A DNA stretch of 62,867 nucleotides, the filler included. It is 6 parts of 6 records of this genome, joined end to end, with 100 filler letters (N's around TTAATTAATTAA, not from the genome) between each part and the next. Parts side by side here need not be neighbours in the genome. Positions count along the whole stretch, not along the records: positions 22,746 to 29,384 come from SRR22947727_4694; positions 29,485 to 38,200 come from SRR22947727_4726; 4 more parts are not named here. One strand, given 5' to 3'. Position numbers and translations under genes: made by a program. This document shows, piece after piece, positions 22,845 through 33,093 of the stretch (position 1 is the first letter of the stretch; each line of letters opens with the position of its first letter). Under the pieces are notes generated by a model. The model searched no databases and was not told where the DNA came from. It saw only the letters and a program-made list of their open reading frames with translations.

Positions 22845-24038
22845 TTAAAATTTCATTTTATTTTTTTTGAGTCTTAAGGCATTGAGCTTGATAAAGCCTT
22901 CTGCATCTCTTTGGTCGTAATTAGAAGACTCAAAGGTTGCAAGGTCTTCGTCATATAAACTATTAGGGGATTTTCTTCCAATGACAATTACATTACCCTT
23001 GTAAAGAGCTACTCTTACTTGTCCATTCACTCTCTTTTGCGTAGCATCAATTGCTTTTTGAATCATAACTCTTTCTGGTGCAAACCAATATCCGTTATAA
23101 ACCAAACGAGCATACTTGGGCATGAGTTCATCTTTTGTAAATACCTCTTCTCGATCTAGGGTTATACTCTCTATAGCGCGGTGTGCCTTAAGCAATATTG
23201 TTCCCCCTGGAGTTTCATAGACGCCTCTTGATTTAATACCCACATAACGATTTTCAACAATATCAACTCGTCCAATACCATTCTTGGCACCATATTGATT
23301 GAGTTTTTCTAATAAATTAAATGGACTTAATTTTCTGCCATTAAGAGCAATAGGATCTCCATTTTTAAAATCAATTGTTATGATTGTTTCTTTATCGGGA
23401 GCGTCTTTTGGACTTTTTGAAATACCAAAAACATTTTCAGGAGGTCTGTTCCAAGGGTTCTCTAAAACCTTACCCTCTGCTGATCTATGCAAAACATTAG
23501 CATCAACACTATATGGGGATTCTGTTTTATTATGCTTCATAATAGGAATTTTATTTTTTGCTGCAAATTCTAAAAGTTTGGTTCTTGAATTTAGATCCCA
23601 TTCTCTCCAAGGAGCTATAACCTTGATATTAGGCGCAAGAGCATAATATGATAATTCAAATCTCACTTGATCATTACCTTTACCCGTTGCCCCATGAGAG
23701 ACCGCATAAGCTTTTTCTTGTTTTGCAATTTCAATTTGTCTTTTGGAGATTAATGGTCGAGCAATAGAAGTTCCTAAAAGATATTCGCCCTCATAAATAC
23801 TATTGGCACGAAACATTGGAAAAACGTAATCTTTGACAAATTCTTCTTTTAGGTTTTCAACATAAATTTTCTTAGCACCTAATTTTTTTGCTTTAGCTTT
23901 AGCTTCTGTTAATTCTGCCCCTTGGCCTAAATCTGCAGCATAACAAATAACATCTGCATCATATTCTGTCTGTAGCCATTTTAAAATTACACTAGTATCG
24001 AGGCCTCCTGAGTAGGCCAAAACAATTTTTTTTTTCAT
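22845..24038 (-). CDS. argG: Argininosuccinate synthase
   Basis: [35 protein letters not shown]. Confidence 0.97.
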   Translation of the reverse strand: MKKKIVLAYSGGLDTSVILKWLQTEYDADVICYAADLGQGAELTEAKAKAKKLGAKKIYVENLKEEFVKDYVFPMFRANSIYEGEYLLGTSIARPLISKRQIEIAKQEKAYAVSHGATGKGNDQVRFELSYYALAPNIKVIAPWREWDLNSRTKLLEFAAKNKIPIMKHNKTESPYSVDANVLHRSAEGKVLENPWNRPPENVFGISKSPKDAPDKETIITIDFKNGDPIALNGRKLSPFNLLEKLNQYGAKNGIGRVDIVENRYVGIKSRGVYETPGGTILLKAHRAIESITLDREEVFTKDELMPKYARLVYNGYWFAPERVMIQKAIDATQKRVNGQVRVALYKGNVIVIGRKSPNSLYDEDLATFESSNYDQRDAEGFIKLNALRLKKNKMKF

Positions 24039-24047
24039 TTTTTTTTA

Positions 24048-24503
24048 TTAGCAGCTTTCTTTTAGGTTATTATAAGATTTTGTAAATCCAATGAGAGAGT
24101 AAGTATCTGTTGTTTCTGTTCCTCTTGAAGAAAACCCAACAACTGTCATTTTTTTTCCAGCTTTCATGGATTCAATTACAGTCCTATCATCTTTCATAGA
24201 CCATGCTGTATCTCCGTCACCAAAAAATTGAAAGTTACTTCCATCAATTGAGACTTTAATATATTTTTTTTCATCATATGTATAACCAGCATCTGCTCTT
24301 ACATACATAGCGTTGGATTCTTTAATAACGAAAAAGACTGCCTGGCCTCTTTTTGTATAATTACCCTTTTCATCAACTGGGAATTGATAAATGGCACAAG
24401 CGTTATTGCTAATTTTTTTCTGAGACCAAATACCTTTTTCTTCTGATGAGAAAGCAAAATTAAAATTTAAAAAAAAAATTAAAGCTATAAGAATCTGTTT
24501 CAT
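24048..24503 (-). CDS. Invasion-associated locus B (IalB) family secreted protein
   Basis: Signal peptide; GDTAW...MKAG...SSRGTETTDTYSLIGFT C-terminal motif. Confidence 0.75.
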   Translation of the reverse strand: MKQILIALIFFLNFNFAFSSEEKGIWSQKKISNNACAIYQFPVDEKGNYTKRGQAVFFVIKESNAMYVRADAGYTYDEKKYIKVSIDGSNFQFFGDGDTAWSMKDDRTVIESMKAGKKMTVVGFSSRGTETTDTYSLIGFTKSYNNLKESC

Positions 24504-24573
24504 TCAAAAATTAATATATAGCAATTGAAATTGATTTTTAAGTCTAATTAATGGACAATAAATCGAACTTAAC

Positions 24574-25179
24574 ATGAAAAAAACTAGATCAAAAGAAAAG
24601 AACCCTTTTATTGGCGCTCTGGATCAAATAGCTAAAAATCAAGACATGAAGTCTTTTAAAATGGTTTTTGACTATTTTGGACCGCGATTAAAATCCTTTT
24701 TGATGTCTTCAGGAGCAGAGGAGTCTGTAGCAGAAGAAGTAATTCAAGAAACCATGACTATTATTTGGACAAAAGCTGATTTTTATAACCCAAAATTAGC
24801 ATCACCTAGTACTTGGATATACACAATCGCTCGTAACAAGAAAATTGATATTCTTAGAAAGTCCAGAAAAGCTGTCTTAGAAAATATTGATACAGCCATT
24901 CTCCCTCCCGTAGAGCCAAAATTAGAAGAAGATATTGAGCACGATCAAAGATTTGAAATTCTCAATAAGTACCTTGATGACCTTCCAAAAGAGCAGCTCG
25001 ATTTACTCAAAATGAACTTTATCGAAGAAAAATCTCATGGAGAAATCGCAGAAATAACAAAAATTCCCCTAGGAACGATTAAATCCCGTATCAGACTTGC
25101 TATGGAAAAAATTAGAGATCGCATTGAAAAAGACAACAAATCAAATGATCCAAATATTAAGAATTTAGGTATTAATTAG
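24574..25179 (+). CDS. rpoE: ECF sigma factor RpoE (ChrR-associated, ECF11-type)
   Basis: FGPRLKSF, STWIYTIARNKKID, SHGEIAE..IPLGTIKSRIRLA; adjacent to chrR-like gene. Confidence 0.88.
   Translation: MKKTRSKEKNPFIGALDQIAKNQDMKSFKMVFDYFGPRLKSFLMSSGAEESVAEEVIQETMTIIWTKADFYNPKLASPSTWIYTIARNKKIDILRKSRKAVLENIDTAILPPVEPKLEEDIEHDQRFEILNKYLDDLPKEQLDLLKMNFIEEKSHGEIAEITKIPLGTIKSRIRLAMEKIRDRIEKDNKSNDPNIKNLGIN
25146..25171 (+). promoter_or_regulatory. Putative RpoE-type promoter (TGATCC-N16-GGTA) upstream of chrR
   Basis: TGATCC at 25146-25151, GGTA at 25168-25171, chrR ATG at 25186. Confidence 0.45.
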
Positions 25180-25185
25180 TAAATT

Positions 25186-25794
25186 ATGTTAGATCTTATG
25201 GCTCAACCTTCCGTGACTCCAGCCAAACTTCTTTTCCAACAGTGTGTGGCAGAGAGCTCAACAGAAGGAAATACTTTTAACTTTATTAGAAATGAAATTT
25301 CAGGTTATCTGCTAAATAAAGCTGAACCAAGAGCTCTTCGAAAAAACGTATGGGAAAAAACTCTTGCCTCTATCAAGTCTTCTAACAGACAAAAGAGACA
25401 AGTTATTACTGATCCATTTTACAACAACTTACCCGTTGTTCTTCAAGATTATCTTTCTAATAAAAAAGTTAAATGGAAGAATTATTCAGATGTTAAAGTT
25501 GCAATGCTTACACCTTCTGCTGAAGGAGATAAATTAGAATTAATTCATGTCATGCCCGGTGGATCGATTCCACAGCATACTCATGAGGGCAAAGAAAATT
25601 TTTTAGTACTGCATGGTTCTTATAGCGATGAGTATGGTGAGTATCACGAGGGTTCTGTTCAAACAAGAGATGAGGATCATGATCATAAGCCAGTTGGTCA
25701 CCAAACTACAGGTTGCATAGGTCTTGCTTATACTGATGGAAAAATTAAGTTCTCAGGTAAGTTCTCTAAAATATTAAATTTTTTCACTAGTTAA
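25186..25794 (+). CDS. chrR: ChrR-like anti-sigma factor with cupin domain
   Basis: PGGSIPQHTHEGKE...GSYSDE.G...HKP...GCI cupin; directly downstream of rpoE. Confidence 0.8.
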   Translation: MLDLMAQPSVTPAKLLFQQCVAESSTEGNTFNFIRNEISGYLLNKAEPRALRKNVWEKTLASIKSSNRQKRQVITDPFYNNLPVVLQDYLSNKKVKWKNYSDVKVAMLTPSAEGDKLELIHVMPGGSIPQHTHEGKENFLVLHGSYSDEYGEYHEGSVQTRDEDHDHKPVGHQTTGCIGLAYTDGKIKFSGKFSKILNFFTS

Positions 25795-26189
25795 ATTACA
25801 AAGAATAAATGAGCTGGCATTATTCCTGTCGTAAGCATCAGTCTTAAAATAAAATAATCTGTTTTGATAATCTTTTCTCTGAAATAAAAGAAAAAATCAA
25901 AACCAAGCACTATTAGATATCCAAGCATCAGATACCAAAGTGTTAACTCAAATTTTAAATCATATGCGAGTACAAAAAATGCATACACACAAGGAGTTAC
26001 GCTAAATATAATTGCAACTTTATTTTTACTGTTTAAATATAGCCCCCAATATACTGCGCCCAGAAAAGATAAAATTACACTCGAATAGGTAACAAACATT
26101 TCTTTATTAAATTCAAGAAATATTAAATCAATATTATAGAAACAAAGATAAAAAGGGATTAAGCCGGGGATACCAATGAAATAAATCAT
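25791..26189 (-). CDS. DUF3429-like membrane protein
   Basis: GLIPF, YSSVILSFLGAVYWG, YFILRLMLT. Confidence 0.75.
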   Translation of the reverse strand: MIYFIGIPGLIPFYLCFYNIDLIFLEFNKEMFVTYSSVILSFLGAVYWGLYLNSKNKVAIIFSVTPCVYAFFVLAYDLKFELTLWYLMLGYLIVLGFDFFFYFREKIIKTDYFILRLMLTTGIMPAHLFFVI

Positions 26190-26192
26190 TCA

Positions 26193-26426
26193 CTAAATCT
26201 TATCTATTTGTTCAGCTAAATCTATATCTCTTTGTGTAACAACATTTTTATCGTGAGATATCAATTCAATTTCCACACGATTATATTCTAATATCATTTT
26301 AGGATGATGGTTATATTTTTCAGCCAATAATGCGACTTGTGATACAAAAGAAAAACTTTGTCTGTAGTTTTTAAAAGTAAAAATTTTATTGAGAGCGCCT
26401 TGTTTATTTTTGTCCCAGTTACTCAT
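26193..26426 (-). CDS. phhB: Pterin-4-alpha-carbinolamine dehydratase
   Basis: AEKYNHHP...SHD..VTQRDIDLA. Confidence 0.88.
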   Translation of the reverse strand: MSNWDKNKQGALNKIFTFKNYRQSFSFVSQVALLAEKYNHHPKMILEYNRVEIELISHDKNVVTQRDIDLAEQIDKI

Positions 26427-27467
26427 TTATGGGGCTGGATTTGGATTTTCATTATGAACAGCATTGATTTCCTTGAATACTTCTTGATCTAAAATAATGT
26501 TTACAGACTCAATGTTTTCTTTTAACTGGTCAATCGTTGTAGCACCTATAATATTTGAAGTGACAAATTCTTGTTGGTTAACAAAAGCTAATGACATTTG
26601 TGTTAGAGATAAATTATGTTTTTTTGCAATATGAAAATATTCTTGCACTGCTTTAGAAGTTCTTGTCCCTTGGTATCTTGGAAAACTATTTCCAAATAAT
26701 TTTAATCTAGACCCTTCAGGCATCTGATTATTGAGATATTTACCACTGAGAACTCCAAATCCTAGAGGGGAATATGCAAGAAGACCTGCTTGATCACGTA
26801 TTGAAATTTCTGCCATGCCTACTTCGTAAGTTCTATTAACTAAACTATAAGGATTTTGAACTGAAACAACTCTTGGTAAATTTAATGCCTCTGAGAGATT
26901 TAAATATTTTGTCAAACCGTAAGGGGTTTCATTAGACAATCCTATATGACGTATCTTTCCTTGTTCAACAAATTTTTTTAAGATTGTTAGAATAGATTCA
27001 AAACTATTCCATTCCTCTTCTTTTTGGTCATGACGATATCCCAGTTTGCTAAAAAAATTCGTAGTTCGCTCAGGCCAATGCAATTGGTAAAGATCGATAT
27101 AATCTGTTTGTAACCTTTTTAAACTGCCTTCAATTGCTTTAGAAATACTTTCCTGATTGTATTGCATTCCTCCACCGCGTATCCAAGTAAGGCCAGGCCC
27201 AGAAATTTTTGTAGCTAAAATAATTTGATCTCTATTTTTCTTCTCTTGGAACCAATTCCCAATCATTGTCTCAGTTTTTGAATAAGTCTCAGCTTTAGGA
27301 GGAACTGCATAAAGTTCAGCAGTATCAAAAAAATTAATTCCGTTTTCGACAGAATAATTCATTTGCTCAAAAGCTTCCTCTTGTGAATTTTGCTCACCCC
27401 AAGTCATAGTTCCAAGACAAATAAGGCTCACATCAATGTCTGTTTTACTGAGTTTTTTAAACTTCAT
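26427..27467 (-). CDS. tas: NADP(H)-dependent aldo-keto reductase (Tas-like)
   Basis: LGTMTWGEQN, DTAELY, DLYQLHWPER, GLSNETPYG, AYSPLGFG. Confidence 0.88.
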   Translation of the reverse strand: MKFKKLSKTDIDVSLICLGTMTWGEQNSQEEAFEQMNYSVENGINFFDTAELYAVPPKAETYSKTETMIGNWFQEKKNRDQIILATKISGPGLTWIRGGGMQYNQESISKAIEGSLKRLQTDYIDLYQLHWPERTTNFFSKLGYRHDQKEEEWNSFESILTILKKFVEQGKIRHIGLSNETPYGLTKYLNLSEALNLPRVVSVQNPYSLVNRTYEVGMAEISIRDQAGLLAYSPLGFGVLSGKYLNNQMPEGSRLKLFGNSFPRYQGTRTSKAVQEYFHIAKKHNLSLTQMSLAFVNQQEFVTSNIIGATTIDQLKENIESVNIILDQEVFKEINAVHNENPNPAP

Positions 27468-27487
27468 GAAATATTCATACGGTTTTA

Positions 27488-27516
27488 CTTGAAATGAATC
27501 AAGTTAATAGCCATAT
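27488..27516 (+). promoter_or_regulatory. Putative alphaproteobacterial RpoH/RpoD-type promoter
   Basis: CTTGAA-N17-CCATAT upstream of AGGAG RBS. Confidence 0.35.
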
Positions 27517-27540
27517 TTGTATTATATATAAGGAGAAACA

Positions 27541-28245
27541 ATGGTAGACCTTCGACAAAATACTTATTCACAAGCAGAGTCAAATACAATTGACCAAGGC
27601 TTGAGAGAGTACATGCTAAAAGTTTATAATTACATGACTTCTGGTTTAGCAATTAGTGGACTTGTAGCTTGGACTGCTTCTCAGTCTCCTGCGCTTATGA
27701 ATGCAATTTATGGATCAGCCCTTCAATGGGTTGTGATGTTAGCCCCTTTAGGATTTATATTCTTTCTTGGAGCTAGAATGCAAAAAATGTCAAATTCTGC
27801 AGCACAAATGACTTTTTGGGCTTTTGCCGCTGTAATGGGACTTTCTATGTCATACATATTTATACTTTATACTGGAGCAAGTATTACAAGAGTGTTTTTT
27901 ATAACTTGTAGTGTTTTTGCCGCCATGAGTATTTATGGCTATACAACAAAAAGAGATTTAACAAAATTAGGATCTTTTTTAATGATGGGACTAATAGGCA
28001 TCATTATTGCAAGTGTTGTTAACATCTTTATGAAAAGTACAATGATGGAATTTGTGATTTCATGTATTGGTGTTCTTGTATTTGTTGGCTTAACCGCATA
28101 TGACACACAAAAAATTAAGTCTATGTATTATTCAACAAGTGCTGAAATGGCAACAAAGACTGCTATCATGGGAGCGTTAACTCTGTATCTTGATTTTATC
28201 AATTTATTTTTAATGCTACTAAGATTATTTGGTCAAAGAAGATAA
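27541..28245 (+). CDS. Bax inhibitor-1/YccA family membrane protein
   Basis: GLREYMLKVYNYM, YGYTTKRDL, GLTAYDTQKIK, LYLDFINLF. Confidence 0.92.
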   Translation: MVDLRQNTYSQAESNTIDQGLREYMLKVYNYMTSGLAISGLVAWTASQSPALMNAIYGSALQWVVMLAPLGFIFFLGARMQKMSNSAAQMTFWAFAAVMGLSMSYIFILYTGASITRVFFITCSVFAAMSIYGYTTKRDLTKLGSFLMMGLIGIIIASVVNIFMKSTMMEFVISCIGVLVFVGLTAYDTQKIKSMYYSTSAEMATKTAIMGALTLYLDFINLFLMLLRLFGQRR

Positions 28246-28264
28246 ACATAAATAACACTAGATT

Positions 28265-28297
28265 AAAAAAAGGGAGAGATTTAATGCTCTCCCTTTT
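28265..28297 (+). terminator. Intrinsic (possibly bidirectional) terminator
   Basis: AAAAGGGAGAG-atttaatg-CTCTCCCTTTT hairpin just after the stop codon. Confidence 0.8.
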
Positions 28298-28345
28298 CTA
28301 TTTTAAACTCCTTTTTTAAAAAGAATTCTTCTCTAATATCTGCTG

Positions 28346-29230
28346 GTGATTAGTTATATCTTTGCGCTTAGCGCTGCTGCAATTTGGTCTTTAACAGGTT
28401 TGATTAGTACTAGGGCGGTTCGATATTTTGGAAGTTATAATTTTAACTTTTTACGTTTACTTGGAATTATAATTATATTTACTCCGTACGCGTATTTTAA
28501 TTGGAGTCCCATTTATTTTGAGAGTTCTATAATACTTGCTATAGCGCTCTCTTCAATTATTGGGATAGTGGTTGGAGATACTTTTCTTTATATATGTTTA
28601 AAAAGGCTAGGTCCACGTCGCGAGGCTTTATTATTTTCTATTCAAATCCCTTGTACAATTTTAATGGCAGATATATTTTTGAACGCTCTTCCGAATTTTT
28701 ATCAACTTTTAGGATGTGGTTTAATTTTTTTTGGCATCATTGTTGCTATTCAATTTAATAAAACTATCAAAAATGACGATCTAGAAAATATCCAAGGAAA
28801 CAAACTAGTTGGTCTCTATGCAGGTATAGGACTAGCAGTATGTCAAGCGATAGGAATTATTATTATGAAACCTATTCTAATTAATACCGACCCGGTAACG
28901 ATTTCTTATTTGCGCGTATTAATTGCGGCAGTTGGAATGCTGATAAGTTTTATATTTTTACCAAAAATGGGACTCTTAGAAAAGATGAGAAATTATAAGC
29001 AAACATCTATAGCAATTTTTTGTGGTGTGACAGGCATGGGAATTGGTATGACTATTTTTATAATTGCTTTAAAGGAAGGAAATCCAGGAGTTGTTTCAGC
29101 GCTTTCAAGTACTATGCCCATTATGATCATTCCATTTTTATGGATTGCTACAAAAAACTACTCAGGACATTTGTCTGTATTTGGTGCTTTAATAACGTGC
29201 ATAGGTGCAGCTATTATTTTTCTTAGCTAA
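28346..29230 (+). CDS. EamA/DMT family transporter
   Basis: 10-TM duplicated EamA pattern; GIVVGDTF...LGPRR. Confidence 0.85.
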   Translation: MISYIFALSAAAIWSLTGLISTRAVRYFGSYNFNFLRLLGIIIIFTPYAYFNWSPIYFESSIILAIALSSIIGIVVGDTFLYICLKRLGPRREALLFSIQIPCTILMADIFLNALPNFYQLLGCGLIFFGIIVAIQFNKTIKNDDLENIQGNKLVGLYAGIGLAVCQAIGIIIMKPILINTDPVTISYLRVLIAAVGMLISFIFLPKMGLLEKMRNYKQTSIAIFCGVTGMGIGMTIFIIALKEGNPGVVSALSSTMPIMIIPFLWIATKNYSGHLSVFGALITCIGAAIIFLS

Positions 29231-29384
29231 TCAGAACCCTTTTCAACATTAACAATCTTGAGCTCTTTGGATTTTTTGATTTGAGATTGAAGTATTTTAT
29301 TTAAAGGATCTTTACCTAAATATTTCTTAAATTGTTTATGACTCTTCGTGGCCTCTTCGGTATTTCCTTCTGTTATCGCTAATA
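29227..29384 (-). CDS. 3' fragment of a gene, possibly HemY N-domain-like
   Basis: Open frame from contig end: LAITEGNTEEATKSHKQFKKYLGKDPLNKILQSQI...*. Confidence 0.35.
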
Positions 29385-29484
29385 NNNNNNNNNNNNNNNN
29401 NNNNNNNNNNNNNNNNNNNNNNNNNNNNTTAATTAATTAANNNNNNNNNNNNNNNNNNNNNNNNNNNNNNNNNNNNNNNNNNNN
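29385..29484. other. Artificial contig-joining linker
   Basis: N44-TTAATTAATTAA-N44. Confidence 0.99.
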
Positions 29485-29547
29485 GAAGATTTTACACTTG
29501 AGGGCTACGAGTACCATCCACCAATAAAAGCTAAAATGGCTATCTAA
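29485..29547 (+). CDS. thyA: Thymidylate synthase, C-terminal fragment
   Basis: EDFTLEGYEYHPPIKAKMAI* is the typical ThyA C-terminus, immediately before folA. Confidence 0.85.
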   Translation, partial: EDFTLEGYEYHPPIKAKMAI

Positions 29548-29548
29548 T

Positions 29549-30034
29549 ATGATAATAAGCCATTTAGTTGCAGTTTCAAAAAATAACGTTATTGGAAAAG
29601 ATAATGACCTTCCTTGGAAATTAAAAAGAGATTTGACTCATTTTAAAAACTATACAACAGGAAAAACCATATTAATGGGGAGAAAAACATTTGAATCAAT
29701 TGGAAGGCCTTTACCAAATAGAACTAACTTTATAGTATCTTCAACGTTGGAGAGTGTTGAAGGCGCTGAAGTATTTAGAGATTTGTCTTCTGCTATTGAG
29801 AGCGTTCCAAAAGGCGAAGAGGTTGTAATAATAGGTGGAGGCTATCTTTTTCGAGAATCAATTAACTTTTTTAATAAACTGGTTCTAACTAAAGTTGATT
29901 GTGAAGTAGATGGCGATATTTTTTATCCTGATGTAGATTTGAATGAATGGTCTTTAAAAGACTCTGAGGATTTCGTTAAAGATGCGGATAATGAATTTAA
30001 CTTCTCAGTTAAAACATATATTAAGAATTCTTAA
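29549..30034 (+). CDS. folA: Dihydrofolate reductase
   Basis: IGKDNDLPW, MGRKTFESIGRPLPNR, IGGG, GDIFYP. Confidence 0.96.
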   Translation: MIISHLVAVSKNNVIGKDNDLPWKLKRDLTHFKNYTTGKTILMGRKTFESIGRPLPNRTNFIVSSTLESVEGAEVFRDLSSAIESVPKGEEVVIIGGGYLFRESINFFNKLVLTKVDCEVDGDIFYPDVDLNEWSLKDSEDFVKDADNEFNFSVKTYIKNS

Positions 30035-31424
30035 TAAACTCTCTTCTTAGCTCTAGATTTTTAACTCTCTCTTCTTCCCTTTCGGTATATCTAATCCAAT
30101 TATTGGCTGTTGCTATAACTTGTTTATCCTTATCTCTTGAAGCTTTTCCAAACTGTTTTTTTGCATCATTAAACATCTGAAGCTCAAAGTAGGCCTGCCC
30201 GAGAGTCAAATAAACTTGAGAAACTTTGGAAACCTTACCCTTTTCAAGCCCCTTTTTAATAGAATCAATGGCAAGCTCTAGGTTATCTTCAGCAAGATAT
30301 AGATTTCCAAGCAATACATAATTCTTTCCATCTTTAGACATTTTTGCAGCCCTTTCAAGAATAGGAATAGCTCTATCTATCTCTTGAGCCATTCTCCATG
30401 CATCAGCTAAAAGTCTTAGATTTTTTTCAGAGTCTTTAACAACAACAACCAATAGTTCTTCTTTTGTCTCTTCATTAACTTTTATAACTTTTTTTACTCT
30501 TCCAGCTTCAAGAACTTTTGCAGCCTGATAAGGGTTCTGATTTAGAAGAAGTAGTTGAGCTAAAGTTACATACTCGGTTTCTTTATCCAGTAAATCTTTT
30601 AGATATGCTGAATTAAGCGTAACCATAAAATCTTTCTCTCTATCAAGTTGCCCATAAGTTTGTCCAAGACGAACAAAGTAGGCTTTCTTTGGATAGAGGT
30701 TTACTAATATTTCATATATAGCAACTTGTTTTAACATTGCTTTCTTAATGCCTATTTTATTTTTTAACTCTTCAACAGAAGCAACGACGGTCATATACCA
30801 ATTTTCTTTTGGCTTATACCCCTCTTCTTCAGCAAGTGTTATTGCCTTTTCCATATTTATTAAAGATTTGTCATAATCTTCGAGTTGATAATATGCTCCA
30901 GCCAATATTGACCAAGACTGTGCCGTTATTTTTTCTACCTGAGACATCCACTCTAAAATAAGATCAACAGCTTTTTGGTGTTGTCCATCACTCATATATA
31001 ACTGAGCTAAATATAGCAACCCTGCATTTCTAAGGCCTAGAGTTACTTCAGGTTCGTTTATTAATTTTTTATATGAATTTATTGCTAACTGAATCTCTTC
31101 ATCAATAATATATAGGTAACCCCATGAATTCCATACAACAGACCTATCGTAGCTTTTTAAGTTATCAGCATTTGCTCTTAGCTCCCCAAGGATTTCTTTA
31201 GCTGTATCATAATCTGGATCTTCTTTTCCTGTCTCTTCATTCATTCTCTCTAAGGCTTCATAAACTTTAGCCATTTTTTTTGCAGTTGATGTCTGTAATG
31301 CTCTGGCTTTTTTATATTTAATTTTTTGTTCAGACTTAGATTTTGAAGATTGAGCTGTTATCTCAACTGAGGCCATTGTTAGACAAATTGATATAAATAA
31401 AGTTTGTAAAAATTTAGTTCTCAT
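30021..31424 (-). CDS. Exported TPR-repeat protein (TtpD-like) of TonB system
   Basis: Signal peptide, TPR-like helices, last gene of the TonB operon. Confidence 0.8.
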   Translation of the reverse strand: MRTKFLQTLFISICLTMASVEITAQSSKSKSEQKIKYKKARALQTSTAKKMAKVYEALERMNEETGKEDPDYDTAKEILGELRANADNLKSYDRSVVWNSWGYLYIIDEEIQLAINSYKKLINEPEVTLGLRNAGLLYLAQLYMSDGQHQKAVDLILEWMSQVEKITAQSWSILAGAYYQLEDYDKSLINMEKAITLAEEEGYKPKENWYMTVVASVEELKNKIGIKKAMLKQVAIYEILVNLYPKKAYFVRLGQTYGQLDREKDFMVTLNSAYLKDLLDKETEYVTLAQLLLLNQNPYQAAKVLEAGRVKKVIKVNEETKEELLVVVVKDSEKNLRLLADAWRMAQEIDRAIPILERAAKMSKDGKNYVLLGNLYLAEDNLELAIDSIKKGLEKGKVSKVSQVYLTLGQAYFELQMFNDAKKQFGKASRDKDKQVIATANNWIRYTEREEERVKNLELRREFIKNS

Positions 31425-31426
31425 TA

Positions 31427-32125
31427 TTAATCATCCTCAGCTAAAATAAATGTAAACCTATGAAGGACATCTTCTACAGATGTTGCTTTGCCATCAACAA
31501 CCTTTGGTTTATATTTTAACTTCAAAGCGGCTCTTGCTGAAGCGCTATTAAACATGGTGCAGGGTCTAAACTCTGTTTCTGGATTCTGTGGATCGCCGCA
31601 CATTCCCTCAACCGGAACAACATCTTCTACGGTACCACTGTCTGTAATGGTAAATCTTACTAAAGCATACCCCTGAGTTCCTCTTTCCTGAGCTCGCCTT
31701 GGGTATATAGGAGTCACTTTAAATAGTGGTATATATTCTCCATCTCTAAAAAAACTTCCGCCTGTCATTTTTTGTGCTTTAGGTTTGCTGATAGTTACAT
31801 CAAGACCAGCAAGGGGCTGCAGGTCCACATCTGGCTGAGCAATATCTTCAGGTTGCTCATCCGGCTTCTCTGGCTTATCAACTTCTGTCATAAAAGTTTC
31901 TATTTGCCTTTCGGGCATAACTATATCTGCGAGCTTAACTGATTTATCTTCTTTTATTCCACTATCACCAAGAGATATAAGTAATACCATTATAGAGAAA
32001 AGCACTGTAGTTATAAGAACTGAAAAACCTATACCGGCTACCCATTTGTTTGCATTGAATGCTGAAATATATAAAGCATGAAGTGCCCTAAGTGGAACTG
32101 AAAAAATCTTAAGAACAGATTGCAT
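31427..32125 (-). CDS. tonB: Energy transducer TonB
   Basis: TM anchor, Pro/charged linker, PIYPRRAQERGTQG C-terminal domain. Confidence 0.9.
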   Translation of the reverse strand: MQSVLKIFSVPLRALHALYISAFNANKWVAGIGFSVLITTVLFSIMVLLISLGDSGIKEDKSVKLADIVMPERQIETFMTEVDKPEKPDEQPEDIAQPDVDLQPLAGLDVTISKPKAQKMTGGSFFRDGEYIPLFKVTPIYPRRAQERGTQGYALVRFTITDSGTVEDVVPVEGMCGDPQNPETEFRPCTMFNSASARAALKLKYKPKVVDGKATSVEDVLHRFTFILAEDD

Positions 32126-32135
32126 GTTTTTTTAT

Positions 32136-32546
32136 TTATTTAGGTTCAGAAGCTAAAGAAATTGCTGAGACTCCTGCCTCTCTAGCTCCATCCATTACTT
32201 TAATTATTGTATCAGCAACTGCTTTTTCATCTGCCTGAATTACAACTGAACCTTGAGGGTTATCAGCTAACATTTTTACAACATTTGCTTTTACTTGTCT
32301 CACATCAATTCTTCTTCCATCCATCCAGACTTCACCAGTAGCGCCGACAGCTATAAGAATGGCAGCATTTTCTTGTGTTTCTGCTGTATCTGAGTCAGGT
32401 CTATTTATTTCCAAACCAGGCTCCTTGATAAAGTTTGCAGTAACAATAAAAAATATAAGCATGATAAAGACTACATCAAGCATAGGCGTTAAGTTTATTT
32501 CGCTATCCTCTTCTTTAACTGCTGTTGTGATTGCATTTCTTCTCAT
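32136..32546 (-). CDS. exbD: Biopolymer transport protein ExbD
   Basis: INLTPMLDVVFIMLIFFIVT, IQAD. Confidence 0.93.
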   Translation of the reverse strand: MRRNAITTAVKEEDSEINLTPMLDVVFIMLIFFIVTANFIKEPGLEINRPDSDTAETQENAAILIAVGATGEVWMDGRRIDVRQVKANVVKMLADNPQGSVVIQADEKAVADTIIKVMDGAREAGVSAISLASEPK

Positions 32547-32554
32547 AAATACTC

Positions 32555-33085
32555 CTATAGTTCTCTTTTAATTAATTCATTAAGGTCTGTTTCATGTTTT
32601 TCACTAGCACTTGTTAGATATATGCTTATAAAGACTCCAGAAAGTGCAACTACCATTCCAGCCATAGTTGGAAGAGTTGCTTTTGAAACTCCACCGGCCA
32701 TAGCCCTAGCATCACCACCCCCATTAAAAGCCATTACTTGAAATACTTCTATCATTCCAGTAACTGTTCCTAGAAGACCAAAAAGTGGTGCAAGCATTAC
32801 GCACGTTTGAATCATGGTCATATTTTTATTAATTTGTATTTTTGCTTCAGATATTAGTTTTTCTCTAATCTGTAATGCATGCCAAGAGGTCTTGTCTTTT
32901 CGTGAGTTCCACTTTTCAGAAAGGCTTTTGACATAAATGTTATGTCCATGAGAAAAATACCATATTCTCTCAAAGATCATCCCCCACATAAAGAAAACCA
33001 AAATAGCAATTAGCCATAGCACGCTTCCACCAGCTTCCATAAAGTCTCTTATGGACGAGAGTGCTTCTACAAGTGCATATGGCAT
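32555..33085 (-). CDS. exbB: ExbB/TolQ proton channel (short)
   Basis: APLFGLLGTVTGMI...MAGGVSKATLPTMAG. Confidence 0.88.
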   Translation of the reverse strand: MPYALVEALSSIRDFMEAGGSVLWLIAILVFFMWGMIFERIWYFSHGHNIYVKSLSEKWNSRKDKTSWHALQIREKLISEAKIQINKNMTMIQTCVMLAPLFGLLGTVTGMIEVFQVMAFNGGGDARAMAGGVSKATLPTMAGMVVALSGVFISIYLTSASEKHETDLNELIKREL

Positions 33086-33093
33086 ATTAATAA

